From: Callorhinchus milii
Taxonomy: Eukaryota
DNA length: 64,000 nt
Assembly (NCBI RefSeq): GCF_018977255.1
Contig: NW_024704743.1
Coordinates: 60,762,001 to 60,826,000 of the forward strand
Reading direction: 5' to 3'
Shown here: piece after piece, positions 11,358 to 25,391 of the stretch
Numbering within the stretch: position 1 is the first letter of the stretch
How the letters are laid out: each line of letters opens with the position of its first letter
The notes under the pieces: model-generated
Databases searched by the model: none
Told to the model about the DNA's origin: nothing
The model's input: only the letters and a program-made list of their open reading frames with translations
Translations under genes and position numbers: made by a program

Positions 11358-11458
11358 GTAACAAAAAGAAAACATCTCAAAAATATCCTACTGCGTCAAT
11401 CACTAGAAAAGTTGTGAAAAAAAATTCAAGAAAAAAGTTTTTGAAAAATCCATACTAA
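11358..11458 (+). CDS. TFPI2: TFPI2 coding exon 5, basic C-terminal tail
   Basis: ttttttgacag| acceptor in phase 1; RNKKKTSQKYPTASITRKVVKKNSRKKFLKNPY* with TAA at 11456-11458; Lys/Arg-rich tail typical of TFPI2; gives a 234-aa protein. Confidence 0.9.
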
Positions 11459-12449
11459 GCAAATTAAATGTGTATTATTATTAACAATAGGATGATTTTT
11501 TTTCTTCATCTATTTTTTGAAAATGGGAAACGATTGAAATGTTATTGAAAAAGTTAAAACCTTGAGCTGCATGATCCTTGGAATGAATGAGCTTGATGGA
11601 CTGACTGATATTTTCTTGTTCTATTTTTCTTTGCCGTTCTTCTTATTTTCAGTTTTGGCAAGCAGAAAGACTTGCAAACAGAATGAAAGATGTAACAATT
11701 AAAAACATTGTGATCAGGACTTGTGTTTTTTGCAGAAAAATCACATACCCTCTTTCTCCTGGTTAAGAAGTCCCTTGAATTGTACCAGACTAGTTCCCTA
11801 TTGACCATCTCTTCTTTATTGCAAACATATCTTTACTTCAATGTATGTGTTGATGTTTTGGAAACTATCTCCTCTCCTCACATTTCTGTGTTTAAATTTA
11901 TCCCAAATAGTATCAGTATTGTGAATTGTTATGTGAATACCTTGCTAGAGATTTTTGTCCACCTCCTCCAATTACTGATGATCTTCATTAAGCTACTAGT
12001 AAGTGCCAGTCATAGAGCCAGGAAGAGGAGATGTAGATAGGAGGTTGGTAACATCTGTGAAGAAAAGGTGCAAAAGAGAAACTGAAGCTGTGCTACAAAT
12101 TGATAAACACTAAGTCATTAACTTTTGGGAAGTTACACTTTTCAAATGGAGGGCATTGTATCTTGGAAGCTTAGACCCCTCTTTAAATTTTGCCCACCAA
12201 ATACACTGTCAATCCGCTTGACAAGATATTCTGCGAAGCACTTTGAGGTGTTTTTAGACTCAACTCTTCCAAATTTAACAAGATGCCTGATGTGATGATC
12301 AGAGGAACCTGGAGCTCCATCATGCCTTGCTAACAACTGATAACTTTTCTAGGTTTTAATTGTTCAACATTTTGTTGAAAAGAAACGTTTGTATGCAGAC
12401 ACAACCGAATAGGGATCTATTGATTGTGGAAGTTGTTCCTGGAATGAAA

Positions 12450-12515
12450 AATAAATACTATATTCAAGTTCGTTTTCAAGCTTTCTTTCTATAGAATACA
12501 TTTTATGGCAATAAA
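12450..12515 (+). terminator. Candidate TFPI2 polyadenylation signals (AATAAA at 12450 and 12510)
   Basis: Two hexamers about 1 kb after the stop codon, followed by T-rich sequence, near where repeats resume. Confidence 0.5.
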
Positions 12516-13518
12516 ATCTTTTTGTTCAAATATTAATACACTGAGCAAGTAATGCAATGTTAGACATCCTACTGACGTGAAAGGCGCTATACTGTAAATT
12601 GTTTTGCAATGCGATTTCCGGGTTTACACTACACAGATTGTATAATATCTGAATCTTTTGTAACTGCATGTCTTTTCAATACAATTCAGTTTTTACACTG
12701 CTATTCTTAATAAACACCTATTTAATGAAGCGGAAATAGATATGTAATTGTTTGAAAGTCTTGCCTTATTTTTCTTTCCATTTGATGTATGCTGAATTCT
12801 AAGCAGCAAATCAAAGAAGATATGGTTTAGATGTGAAGGTGACTGAGGAAAGCTCTGTTTGAGGATAAAGTACAATATAATTTACATTAAAATAGTGGCT
12901 TTCATATCAGGAGGATATCTCAAAGTGCTTGACAAAAGCTAGGTGGGCACCTGAATTATTGTTTCACACACACATTAGTTAGGATATGGAATGTCCTACC
13001 AGGAGTGGTGGTTGAGACAGAATCTATATTAGATATCTAAAAAGGTATAAACTGCAGGGGTATGGGAAAATGGCAGGTAAATTATACTGAAATGATTGCC
13101 TTTAAAAGAGCCAGCACAGACACAATGTGCCGAATAACCATCTTCTGTGCTGTAAATTTCTATGGTTCTATGCTGAGTCAATGTTTCATTCCCCTAAAAA
13201 GTTACCAGCTGTGGTTAAAAATGATCATTTCTTAGATCATTTCATGGAATCTGCTATTTGGGTCTGAGATTGTGTTTTAAGATATAATTCTATCTTCTGG
13301 ATTATGTTTCTGTCAATCAAAACCGTCTCCGGAACAAACTTACAAAGGTTGTATATTTCAAAAGATGTTTTTTGTTGCACAATCATTGGATCTACTGAAT
13401 TTCACAAACAATCAGATTGATTCTTATGCTTTGTAAAGAATGAATAGAAGCACCTCAGAAAGCCAATTTTGTGTTAACAGTGAAATAGTTAAAATTTAAT
13501 TTTAGTGTGAGCCAAACC

Positions 13519-14926
13519 CAACAACAACAACAACAAAATTACATTTGTAAAACGCCTTTCACATCGGGAGGATGTCGCAAGGCGCTGGACAGACAGCATT
13601 TTGCACCCGAGCTGGGGGTTGGGATTGGGGAGGATGGAGGGCAAGGGGCAAAGCAAGGAGATCAAAAGTACAGTCGAAGAGGAGGGTCTTGAGATGGGTC
13701 TTGAAGGAGGCAAGGGAGGGGGGGCGACAGACGGACTGCGGGATGCAGTTCCAGAAGGTGGGGGCAGAGTGGCAGAAGGTCCGGCCGCCAATAGAGGGGT
13801 GAGCGAGGCGGTGATGCGAAGCAGGCCGGAGCCCGCTGAGTAGAGGGAGCGAACAGGATGGTAGGGGGTTAGGAGGTCGCAGAGGTAGTGGGGAGAAAGA
13901 CCGTGGAGGGGTTTGAGGGTGAGGGCCACGATCTTGAACTGTGCCCTCTGTGTGATGGGAAGCCAGTGGAGTTGGGTGAGAATGGGGGTGATAGGGTCGT
14001 GGAGCCTGGTGTGGGAGAGGACATGAACTGCAGAGTTCTGGATGATCTGCAGCCTGTGAAGGGAGGAGTTGGGGAGGCCGACATGCAAGGAGTTAGCATA
14101 GTCGAGCCTCCATGTAATGAAAGCGTGTATGAGGGTTTCAGCGACCTGCGGTGTGAGACAGTGTTGGAGTTGGGCGACGTTGCAGAGGTGCGGGTTATGG
14201 TGCAGATGTGGAGTAAAAAGGATAGTTGAGGGTCAAACAAAACATCAATATTCCGGACTGGCTTAGCAAGATGGAGTCTGTATCCATGGATGGTGATACT
14301 GTCAGCACCTGAGGTGAGGAGGCGCTGACAGCAGCCAATCAGGAGAGCTTCGGTCTTGTTGACGTTCAACTGAAGAAAATTTGCTCTTATCCAGGACTTG
14401 GTGTCTGACAGATATTCTGTCAGGACAGCAGTGATCCTGGAGTCATGGGTGGAGGCAGAGAGGTAGAGTTGGATGGCATCCGCATACATGTGGAAATTGC
14501 CCCCATTTCTGCAGATGATGTCACGAAGAGGAAATATATAGATATTGAAGAGGACAAAGCCCTGAGGAATGCCACATGAAACAGTGCGAGGGCTAGAGGA
14601 GAAACTGTTTGAGGAAATGAAGTGGAGGCGGTGGGAGAGGTACGATTTGAACCAGTCTTGACACAGCCGTGAAGGTTGAGGTGAGAGGAGAGGCGGTGAA
14701 TGAGGATAGAGTGGTCGACAGTGTCGAAGGCAGCAGAGAGGTCAAGGAGGATGAGGAGGCAGTGGGAGTCCTGGTCGCAGAGGGACAGAATCTCATTTGT
14801 CACTTTGACCAAGGCTGTTTCTGTGTTGTGGGCGGCACGGAAACCTGATTGGAGGGGTTCATGGAGGGAGAGGAAGGAGCGAAGCTGGGAAGCAAAAACT
14901 CGTTCCATGACCTTGGAGAGGAAAGG
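13519..14926 (-). mobile_element. L2 LINE, 5'-truncated, frameshifted RT
   Basis: QSGFRAAHNTETAL, LLILLDLSAAFDTVDH, MYADxxQLY, LQLNVNKTE and LHWLPI motifs; (TTG)n tail at 13519-13536. Confidence 0.95.
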
Positions 14927-16307
14927 GACGTATAATGCTTGTTGTTCATCTGCACATACTGTACAGTTTGGGTTTGTTTGATATTGTTCCCGCACAGATG
15001 ACTAAAGACAGTAAAAACTGGTGCCTTTGTGGTGCTTTCCACTTCAGATCTCATTGGAGTGTATCTGTTAACTGTTTATGAAAATCCAGTCATTCAATTC
15101 AATAAGATTGTATCTGACTAGCTGAGTGAGTGTCCATCCACTTCACAAACATATTTGTCCAAAATATGAGAGTTTGCCCTCAGAATCCAGGTTAGGAAAG
15201 CTTGGGCATGGAATGCAGAATGGCTGGAAGCCCACCGGCCCATGATGGGGTGGATAAATTGCGGGACATTAAGCAGGTCAGTGTACCCTGAACGAAAGAA
15301 CTGGTTGGGTCACTGTGGTTGAAGGAGGTTGCAGAGATAGAGTGGGGTGAGACCATGGAGAGATTTGAATGTGGGAAAGAGGATCTTGAAGTTGATCCAC
15401 TGGGAAATGGGGAGTGAGTGGAGCTGAGCTTGTGGAAGCTATAAGGATGTTACTGAAATATTAAATCACTAATTAATTTCAGCATTCAAAAATGAAATAA
15501 CAGGAGAAATGCCAGAGGTAGGGGTTCAGTTTCAAGGTGAATGTAAGTTTAACACTTTTAACGTTCACTACAAAATACACAGTCACAACGCTTTTAAGTA
15601 TATCGCGTAGAGCAATTTGAGACATCTTCCTGATGTGAAAAGGCAGCAAATTAAATGCAAAGATAATTATTATTCCAGTATTGTTATTACAGTATAACAT
15701 CACAAAGAGGATGTATTAGTGCATCACGTAAATGGTTTTTCATGCTCCTTTGTGCGGGTGTCTAGGTACATGTTTAATAGGACTGTTTCCTTTAGATTTT
15801 CACTTGGCTGTTTTGAGCTGTCAAAAATATTTAGCATGTACAGAACTCCCCAGGGTAAAGCACCACATGTGTCCAAAAATGCCAGCAATTGTTAGAGATA
15901 CAACGGTAAAGGTGAAGCATTAGCATGTTGCTGGTTTTCCAATCTGTATGTCAAAAAGATAATTATCATAGAGAAAACAAAAATATAATTTGCATGAATT
16001 TAACAAACATGAATAGCAATCACACCATTTGTATTGCTAGATTATTAGTGTCAAATGTGGATGTTTTGGTCTGATGTTTGGTATAATTTGTAATTTCCAG
16101 GTTTGCTAGCAGTCTGTGCTCTAGGCAAACAATTATATAAATGGACTCACAATACCTGATTATTCAGGTCAAAATGTGTGATTTATAGTGCACAAAGAAA
16201 ATGAAATCATATTGGAACATTTACTCACAACAGTGGCTAAATTATACCCATTACTAAAATAATGACAGTGGGATAGAAATTCCACCTACGTCAAGATTTA
16301 CTCTATG

Positions 16308-16920
16308 AGAGGTTAAACTGAGGCCCCGTCAGCCTGTTCAAATGAACATTAAAGATTCCACGGCACCATTTGAAAAGAGAAGAGAGTTTCTACTGGTGTA
16401 CTGGCCAACAGTCCCCCCAAATAATGTTGTTTTATTAATGCAGCTTAACTAGCCTCGCAAGCGAGAAGACCTGGGTTCGATTCCTGGGCTTGGGGAAACG
16501 TTGGGCAAATTTCCTTACTGCACACGCCTCTGTTCACCTAGTGGATTGCTTTTCCGGGGATAACCTTTCAAAAAAATAAAAATAATACTAATGTGGTCAC
16601 TCAATCCATAACTGTTTGTGGAACACTGCTGTGCACAATTGGCTGCATCGTTTCGCCCACAAAATTTATGTCAATTCACTTTACAGTATATTCTGTGAAG
16701 TGCTTTGAGACGTCTCAAAGACGTGATAAGGCCAATATCAAATGCAAGGATCACTATTATTTATTCCTGTTTGGGGGACATTGTTGTGTGCAAATTAGCT
16801 GCCATTCACCCTCAAAACACACAATACTTCCACTTTACAGTGTATCTTGGGAAGCACTTTGGGATGTCTTTCTGAGATGAAAGGCGCTATACCTAATGCA
16901 AGGATTATTAATGTTATTAT
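16308..16920 (+). mobile_element. Nested SINEs: tRNA(Ala)-type SINE (~16440-16760) inside an old Deu-SINE, itself splitting a MITE-like copy
   Basis: MITE left end at 16270-16307 resumes near 16920; the old SINE body resumes near 16765. Confidence 0.7.
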
Positions 16921-17294
16921 TTCAGAGTGTGCAGGAGTTGTTAAATGCTTAAATATCATCATAATTGTGAAGCCAGTTTTCCGTAAGCTCTTTATAGAAC
17001 TATAATGATAATTTTTGCATTTAGAATACTATTGTTGAGAGGTAAATAAAGAACATAAAGAAAAATACTGAAGGATTTTATAAACTCATGAAAAGAATAA
17101 AGAAAAGGTCAGGCCAATTAGAAATGCAAAGAGAAACCTAGTCATAGAAAATAAAGGTGTGGCAGAGATACTTAATGAGTATTTTGCCTCAATTTTTACA
17201 AAAGAGAGTGGGAGTGAGTTATTTAGTGAACAAAAGGCAAGTGCGCAGCAATTAGAAGGGATAACTTGGAGAGGGTGACATCCTACTACCAGGA

Positions 17295-17753
17295 TAGTAC
17301 CAGGAATGAGGGACTTCAGTTATCAGGAGAGACTAGAGAAGCTAGGATTCTTCTCCTTGGAGCAGAGAAGGATAAGAAGAGACTTAATTGAAGTTTTCAA
17401 AATTAAGAGGGGATTCGATAGGATGAACAAGGAGAAACTATTTCCACTGGCAAGTGGGTCGGTAACCCGAGGACACCGATTTAAAATAGTTGCTAAAAGG
17501 AACAGTGGGAAGGTGAGGAGAATTTTTTTCACACAGTGAGTTGTTTCATATCTGGAATGCATTGCCTGAAAGGGTGGTAGAAGCCGATTTGATAACAACT
17601 TTTAAAAGTGAAGTAACTAATTATTTGGGGAGAACAAGTCTATGGGAGAGCGTGAGGGAGTGGGATTGATTTGGACAGCTCTTTTCAAAGAGCCGGCACA
17701 AACACGATGGGCCAAATGGCCTTTTACTGTGCTGTATAATTCTATGATTCTAT
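17295..17753 (+). mobile_element. CR1 LINE 3' fragment inserted in an older CR1 relic (17050-17815)
   Basis: MRDFSYQERLEKLGFFSLEQRR...TRGHRFKI; tail ttctatgattctatg; flanks read as CR1 (EILNEYFASIFT). Confidence 0.92.
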
Positions 17754-19649
17754 GAACTAGAAAAGGAAGTGGTGCTAAATACATCAATGGACCTCAAAGA
17801 GGACAAGGCCTGATAGCATACAAAATGGCCAACAGCCATTATTGTTATCAGCATAACAAATAAACAAATATAATACCGTTACTAGAATTGTCATTACACT
17901 TAGCCGGAAATTCTGGCTCGTTGAACCTTAATTCAAAGATCAACAATTTGCTGATGGTTACTTTCTCTGAAATAAATACAGTAAATCTGACAGGCAGAAT
18001 GTTTTCTCCTACAAGTTATAATGGGAGTTCTTTTCGAAACTTTTTTATGTTGGAAACTGGGTTGGACTCAAAATATGTAAATACGTTTTCACATGAGCAT
18101 AACATTGATGAATACCTGTAAAATATTTAACTTGTGCCAAATGTGTGCTGTTCCTGTGGCTATATGTTTAAGCAGTGATCTCTGGAGGATGTTTAGCTTT
18201 AATGGGCTTGGTATTTGCTTGCTGGACTCCATACTTATAGTTCTGCAGCATACAATAAAGCAATCCATATTTATTCATCCTCTTAGATCTTGCTTGAAGA
18301 TATCACATACACATCTTCTTTTTAGGTGCATTTACTGTTGCTAGAATTCCTTTACTGACCATGTAACAGCAAGGAAAGAAGCTATCAAAATAATCTGCGT
18401 TATAATGGAAAAATGGAATTTAATCACATTACTTTTGTTAGGGCTTCCAGTTGCTGTAATATAGGTTCCTGCTGTTATGGTACTGATGAGCCTAAATTTC
18501 CATTCAGTCTTAGCCTATAAAACCATTTTGTGTTAAAAATTTAGATTGTGTAGCATTTTGGAAATTCTTTCATAAGTCTGAATTTGGAAGCTGTTTTTTC
18601 ATAGTTCTTATAATATAATAATCCTTGCATTTGATATAGTGCTTCACAATATGTACTGTAAAATGAACGACTGTATATTTTATGGGTGAAACAGGACAGC
18701 TAATTGTGCACAGCAGTGTCCCACAAACAGTAGTGGATTGAGTGACTAATTTATTATTAGAAAAACACCTGTATCCAAATCATGGCTAGATTTAGGAATT
18801 TTCCATAATTCTGTGCAATCTTGATTTTAGCAAAAAGGTCTCAGATGCTATGTTTGGCTGGAATCTATTGATATAATGTATGGTGGATTCTGGTCAATAC
18901 TCCCACAAATAAAATTAGCTGTTCACTTCATGACTGCATGTAGGAAATTACTGTGCTAAAAATGGCTGCCAAGTCCAGTTACAAAATACAGCCACTACAC
19001 TTTGTTTTATGTCCTGTGAGTCGCTTTTGACATCCTCCCAACATGCAACGCATTATATTAAATAGTGATAACAAATGCAAGAATTATTATTTATTTCATT
19101 CAAAGCATTCCAGATAGCTGGAAATCATATTTAAACTGTCTCATCTGTTCATTTTATTTCTCTAATTTACTTATTTCATCATCATCCCGATGAATTGATC
19201 ATTGATCGTTTACCTCATGACAGCTTGTGGGACCTTATTATACCAGGTTTTGAATTAAAACTTTAGATTGCATAGAATTTATATTGTATAAAGTCAATAG
19301 GGAAAAATTATTTCCACGGGTCAGTGAGTCAGTGACAAGAGAGCATCAATTTAAAATAGTTATCAAATGAGCAATGGAGAGGTAAGGAGACATGTTCACA
19401 TGCAGAGTGGTTTAGGATATGGGATGTCCTAAGAAGTGTAGTGGTTGAGGCAGAATCTATATTCGCTTTCAAAAGTGAATTGGATAGATATTGTAATGAT
19501 TTTCAATCCACAACATTGTTATGTTAAGGAATTCCTTTATTCTCTGCTCACAACAATCCAATAATGAGATCACACCCTGGTACCTTCCCAAGATCTTCCT
19601 GCTTCTATTTCATTGTCCCTTTCTGCCCTGCTCCATGTCCCCTGCCCTG

Positions 19650-19917
19650 TCTGCCCAACCATCGGCAGTCAGGCATTCTGCCTCTCTGCCCCCACCCTTT
19701 GGAACTCCATCCCACAGTCCCTTCACCTCGCTCCCTCCCTTCAAGATCCTCCTCTTCGATTGCGCTTTCGGTCACCCTCCTATCCCTACCCTCCCTGCTC
19801 TCCACCCCTCTTGATCTCAACCCCCAAATCAGGTCCAAATCCCTGATTATCTAGCGCCTTGCTGCAGCCTCCCGACGTGAAACGCGCTATACAAATGTAA
19901 TTTGTTGTTGTTGTTGT
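19650..19917 (+). mobile_element. L2 LINE 3' fragment
   Basis: SAPTLWNSIPQSL, 3' stem-loop and (TTG)n tail. Confidence 0.85.
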
Positions 19918-22900
19918 AGGTGTACTGCTTAAGTCTAACCAGTGAAACCTACATAGTTTGACAATACAACCACTGTCTGGCAAGCTTCCTGCTATTTGAC
20001 TAGCTGGGGCTACACTACATATTAGAGTTTTGACTTGTATGGTTAAGAGGCACTAAATATATATAATTTGTAACTGTTGGTGTTTTTGTTTTTGTTATCT
20101 TCTTTCCTGAAGTTGCAGATTGGTGCTGGGTTATGATTGCACAGACCCAGTCTCTCAGGGTTTTCTGGAAAATGTCCATCCTTCATCTCTGAACTTATAT
20201 AGTGAGTGTCAGTTATTTATTCCAATGCAAAGAGGGTTACCATACATACCATATTGCTTCTCCTTCCTTTCTTTTTACTCCAAGAGTCACTGTGCCCTCT
20301 GGGAGTTTGCAATGTAAGCAGACAATAGCCATGAGCAATGCTGGGAAGTGCAATGAATCTTCCTATTCTTTTAGTTCCCACGCAGTTTCTCAGATGAGCC
20401 ATTGGGCTGACAGTAAAGGTTACAACACCAGGATCAGAACCTCAGCATATGTATTATCATGACCTAATTGATACAACGCTAAAATAGATTTTACAAAAAA
20501 AGGGTGGTTGGAACAACAGAAAGGCGAAACAGTGAAATGAAAAATCAGTGTGTACAATTCGTTCTGCTGGTTTTATTTATAGATTGCAAATTAAATATTC
20601 TACAAATAAATTTCACATCAGCATTTCAATCGATTTTTTTACATAATTCCTATTTCTTTCTCAGGGGAGTAATTGCCAGTCTGTGAGAGCAGCAATTGTA
20701 TTGAACCGTAATAATCACACTAAGCCCAAAGTACTCTCATCCTGTTCAACAACTGCTTTAAGGAATTTAAACTTATTGTAAAAGGAGTGCACGTGTCTCA
20801 GCCTCTTTTTTGCTGGTAAGGTATTTAGTGCAGTTTATTAATGAATTAGCCTTTTATATAAATATACATAAGAGACTTGATAACAGGATGTGGTCAACAA
20901 CAATTACAAAAAAAAATAATGTTTCGTGAATTTGATGCCGGTAATTGCTGGGAGATGAATTAAAATCATATACTTATAATAAGATTCATAATTTATGGTC
21001 TGACATAATTATAGTATGATATGCTATGACTACTCCTGATGCTGTATTTGATATGCTGTAAATTACATCTTGGCTCATTGCTGGAGATGTGTGGGTTTGG
21101 ATGTTTTCATTTTATCTTTGTTTCTGACGTTGGTAAATGGAAAGAAGGCAAATAAATATAGAGGTCCACTGGAGAGAGGTCAGACGTGGAAATTCTTCCT
21201 GGTTGTTCTTTTCCTTTCCCTGAGCCAATATCTGCATCCCATTGGTGTCGTGGCTGATGTTCTTTAGAATCTTGTACACTAGAGGTCAGCATCGAAGCTC
21301 CTAACATCATCACATCTCTAGTCTGCTACTGATAGTAAAGTGCATGAATTGGGTTCCGTCATAATGCAAGGCTTCCGCCACCTCCTTGAATTTGTTTTGT
21401 ATAGATAATACAAAAAGTCATCTTTATCTATACCGGAGTCCATTATCACTGATGCCTAAAATTAACACTGGTGATTATTTTACAGGTTTATAATGGGATT
21501 TCTCAAAATAAACATAATGAAAATAGCACTTGTGTTCATCAGCTATCAATGTGCGATAGACACCATATATATTTCCAATTACTCCTTTAGACTTTGAAAG
21601 TTGAGTTAAGCCAGTATCCCAAACCTGCACTGAAATACTGGGATCCGTGGAACAGAAATGCATGAGTGATGACAACCACATCATACGCCAGTATGAAACC
21701 TTGATAAACCTTATTGATAAATGAGCCAGGATAGCATCCACTATACTTTGGAGTAATACCGATTTGTCTGGATTTACCAGTTCAACTCCACTCACCTCAC
21801 CCTGAGAGGACCATTTTAGACAAATGGAGACAACAGCGTTGTCAAGGATCCCACTGGTGATATAATGCTTCTAAACAAATATATTTTTCATGTGTTTCAG
21901 TAGAAACAAAACAAAGCTCTGAAATCTCAGAAAGATCACTGCTGACATCTGAGCTGTGTTCAGAATAAACACGTGCATATCTCAAACATGTCAAGTTTGA
22001 GATATGAACATGCTGAGTAAGTATTGTATCTTATTTTACAATGTGAAGCTATGTCAGCTCGATGGCTCTAGTCATTTTATCAAGATAAGTTGTGAATTTA
22101 TCTGGCCAGCACTGAATTACAAAGTTCATTTAAAACTCTTGAGGCTCCACCTTGCAGCAGTAGAAAGGTTTTTAGGAACCATATGATTTATACCCGCAAG
22201 TTCCTGCCTGAAAAATGTTAATTTAATTTTCCTTCACATTTCTGCCACCTGCAAATGTTGCAAGTCAAAGTCAATGATCACAACCATAAAATGAAATCAC
22301 TAAAATAATGATTTGTCAGTGGCAAAAATACCATCATGATGCAGCACTCTCATAGATCTTAACTCATAGAATTAACAAATGCATCATCAAGGTGAAAAAG
22401 ACAAAGTTTGTGCGTTTAAGCAAAAGAGATCATTAGACTGAGATGTAATCAGTTTTAATGGAGAATGAACACCTGCTGAGATATTCAATTAAAAATGCAT
22501 TGAATATTGTCAAAGCATAGCACTTAACATTTACTGTTTATGCCTTTGGAAAAAGATTTTGTCATTCTGAGGTGCTGTCAATTACCAGAATTCATTCAAG
22601 GCACAAATATAGGGCATGACTGTAATAGTCATATATCTGAACATCTGTCAAGCAGATCCGTGGCAAATAATTCCCACTGCTTTGGTGCTGGCTTGACTCC
22701 TGAGTCTCTTTTGGTTTAACCTCAACCCCAGAATGAAATAACTCATCAGAACAGTTTCTTCTCTCTAGAGTTTTGACTTTGTTACTTTATTCAAATATTG
22801 CACTGGTCTAAAATTCATATATTCTTTATGGGGTTTGACAATTGTTTCCTCCTCCATGCTTCTCCCTTGTTTCCTCTGCTTACGGGCTTACTGCTGTATA

Positions 22901-24053
22901 GTTCTAGAGTCTATGACAGCCCCATAGCAGTTCACCCAAGTCATCCTTTATATGTGAGCTCAGTCAGTGTTGACAGACAGGAGAATATCACAATCTTGTC
23001 CTCCTCCAACATCCACAATTGCAGCCATTTCAGGGGGAATACCGACACTGTATCATGATCATGAATCTTGGCTGATCTTCCTCTTCCTGATCCCGAAAAT
23101 GGGTTATGCCGAAAATCTAGGAGGCATAATTGCTGAAGATAAATTGGCTGCCACGTTCAATTACAAAATACACAGTCACTACAGTTTACAGTACATCTCA
23201 TGAAGGGCTCTGAGACATTGTTCTTATGTGAAAGGCACTCTATGAGATGCAAGCATTATTATAAAATGATATTTATTGCATTAATTTAATGATTCTGTGC
23301 AACTTGTAACTAGAAATATGGTAGCAAACACTCATTGGCAGTATTGAGTGTTTTGCGAAGTCCTTGTGATGACAAGGTGCTATATAAATTGTATTGTATT
23401 GGCCAATCTGAAACATAAACTGTTGCTAGGCAACATCTCATCCTCAACCCACATTAACGCAGACACATTTGTTATCAGCCCATTCTATTCCAATGGATGC
23501 CTGGTAATCCTATTGCATCCTATTAATGAAGACTGATGATGATTCAGTCCTATTGATTGAAAGAACTTTGTTACATATAGCAAAGTTTCTCCTTCGGAAG
23601 AAAGAATTAAATGCAGTTTTCATCACATGGACAAAACAGTCCCAATTATATGCATTTGTGGCCTGGTTCCACTCTTTACTCTTAAGTGTGTTTTAAAGAT
23701 AAAGCCATTGAACTCCTAACAGAAATTGAGATGATACTTATAAATCATATCAGTGTTTTACAGAAATCAGGAAATCAAATGTGGTATTTACAAAAAAAAT
23801 CAATTTATTTTGGAACTGTTTTCAGAAGAAGAAATTGAACAATGATAAAGATTATCCCCATTAAATGCTTGGGAGCTCAACTGCAAATGGCAGTATGTTG
23901 AGTGCTCAGCAACTGTGTCCATTTGAAAAATATGCACATTATATGAACAGTTTCTAGCTATGTGTTAATCCTTCAATAATGGGATCTGTTATGGTCTTGA
24001 TCTCAACCACCTGAGATCACAAGAGCTAAATGGAGACCAGGTTTTTCTCAACT

Positions 24054-24398
24054 GGGGATTTCACCTGGATTTGGGTTTTCGAATTCAGTTTTAACTTTGA
24101 AGCCAGCTTTCTGCAGTACTGTATTTAGCATAGATTATTACGGCGCAGAAGGAGGCTATTCGGCCCAGCGTGCCTGTGCCGGCTGTTTGGAAGAGCTCTT
24201 CCAAAGAGTCAGCACAGGCATGTACTTTTACCCTTATCCTTGCAAATGTTTCCTTTTCAAGTACCTATCTAATTACTTAAACAAACTTAGAGAAAATCAA
24301 CTTCAAAATTAAGTCTGCATTTAAGAAATTGCCAAATTCTGGATGCACTGAAATACTACACAAATAGAGTAATCTAAATCCAGGCAGAATTTTTCCCC
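24054..24398. mobile_element. MITE-like copy split by a minus-strand CR1 3' fragment (~24129-24272)
   Basis: gaattcagttttaactttgaa before and ccaaattctgga...aatttttcccc after; the insert has the CR1 3' UTR signature gaaggaggctattcggccc. Confidence 0.7.
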
Positions 24399-24633
24399 AA
24401 ATTTTCATGTAGTAATCTGTATGCAGAGTATAGCTTATTCAGCTGTGAAACACCTCTCCAGTATGATATGAAATGAGGTTTACTCTGAAAAAAGACTTGG
24501 ACTTCAGTTCTATTCTTCAAAATGACCTGGATTTGATTCATGAAGATGATGTATGTTTAAAGTGGGAGTGCCTGGCTGAATCCACTGTTGGCTTTCTCCC
24601 CTAAGGCTTCCCCACTTCAATTTTTGTGCCTAA

Positions 24634-24818
24634 TACTTTCTGGAATTAGGTAAGCAGGATGCATCCCTTTAGGGAGAGAGTGCGCATTCCATTCCAACAA
24701 TCTACGTCCGGAATTTCCATCTGTAGGTGGGATTCATGGAATTCTCAGTTCGGTTTGGATACTCTTAAAAATGATGATGGGTTTCCGCATGTGTCAAACA
24801 CCCGGCTGCCAACACTTA
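24634..24818 (+). repeat. Unclassified ~180-bp interspersed repeat, copy 1
   Basis: Clearly similar to 25405-25585 and, inverted, to 51428-51610. Confidence 0.9.
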
Positions 24819-25391
24819 AAAAAAAATCAATTTCTACAGAGTAGGTACTCTATCCCATCTGCTTCAACCTCTCTTTCTCCTCCCCCCCAGTGAATTCAAA
24901 CCTCAGCACTCAGCAAGAAAATATGGAAGTGTTGTCCACAGGAGAAAAAAAAAATCAGTTCTAATAAATCTCACTTATAATTCTGGAGAAGTCACTGCCT
25001 ATGATTAATTTATCAAATTCACCCTTTAGATTGCAACACAGCAATCAAATACATAAAACCCTTTGTTAAAATATATCTGCATCAGAATTATGCAACACAG
25101 CCACATTTTCAGATCAAAAGTCCCAGATAAGCGCTATGACTCAAAATATAAAATATAATAATAATCCTTGTATTTGGTACTGTGCCTTTCAATCAAAGGA
25201 TGTCTGAAAGTGCTTCACATGTAATACTGAAAAGTGTAATGTCTGTGCATTTCTAGGCTAATACAGCAGCCCACTTGTGCACAGCAAAGTCCCACAAACA
25301 GCCATGAATTGAGTGACCAATTTTATCTGGGGGATTTGTGGTCAGGACAAGGGAAGAAACGCCCTTCGCTTTTCAAGTAGTGCCATGGGAT

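Noticed and set aside
13489..14995. Multiple overlapping 100-200 aa ORFs suggesting a gene
   Set aside because: They are frameshifted pieces and alternative frames of one dead L2 ORF2; the same applies at 31984-32830.
20340..20385. Paired RBPJ/CSL sites (TGGGAA...TTCCCACG)
   Set aside because: Spacing is about 28 bp rather than the 15-17 bp of a paired site, and single motifs are expected by chance.
21475..21795. 106-aa minus-strand ORF in unique sequence
   Set aside because: Non-ATG start, no recognisable domain and no supporting exon structure.
23533..23562. Possible hammerhead ribozyme core (CTGATGA...GAAA)
   Set aside because: I could not build stem II in the right register or convincing stems I and III; an Infernal search would settle it.
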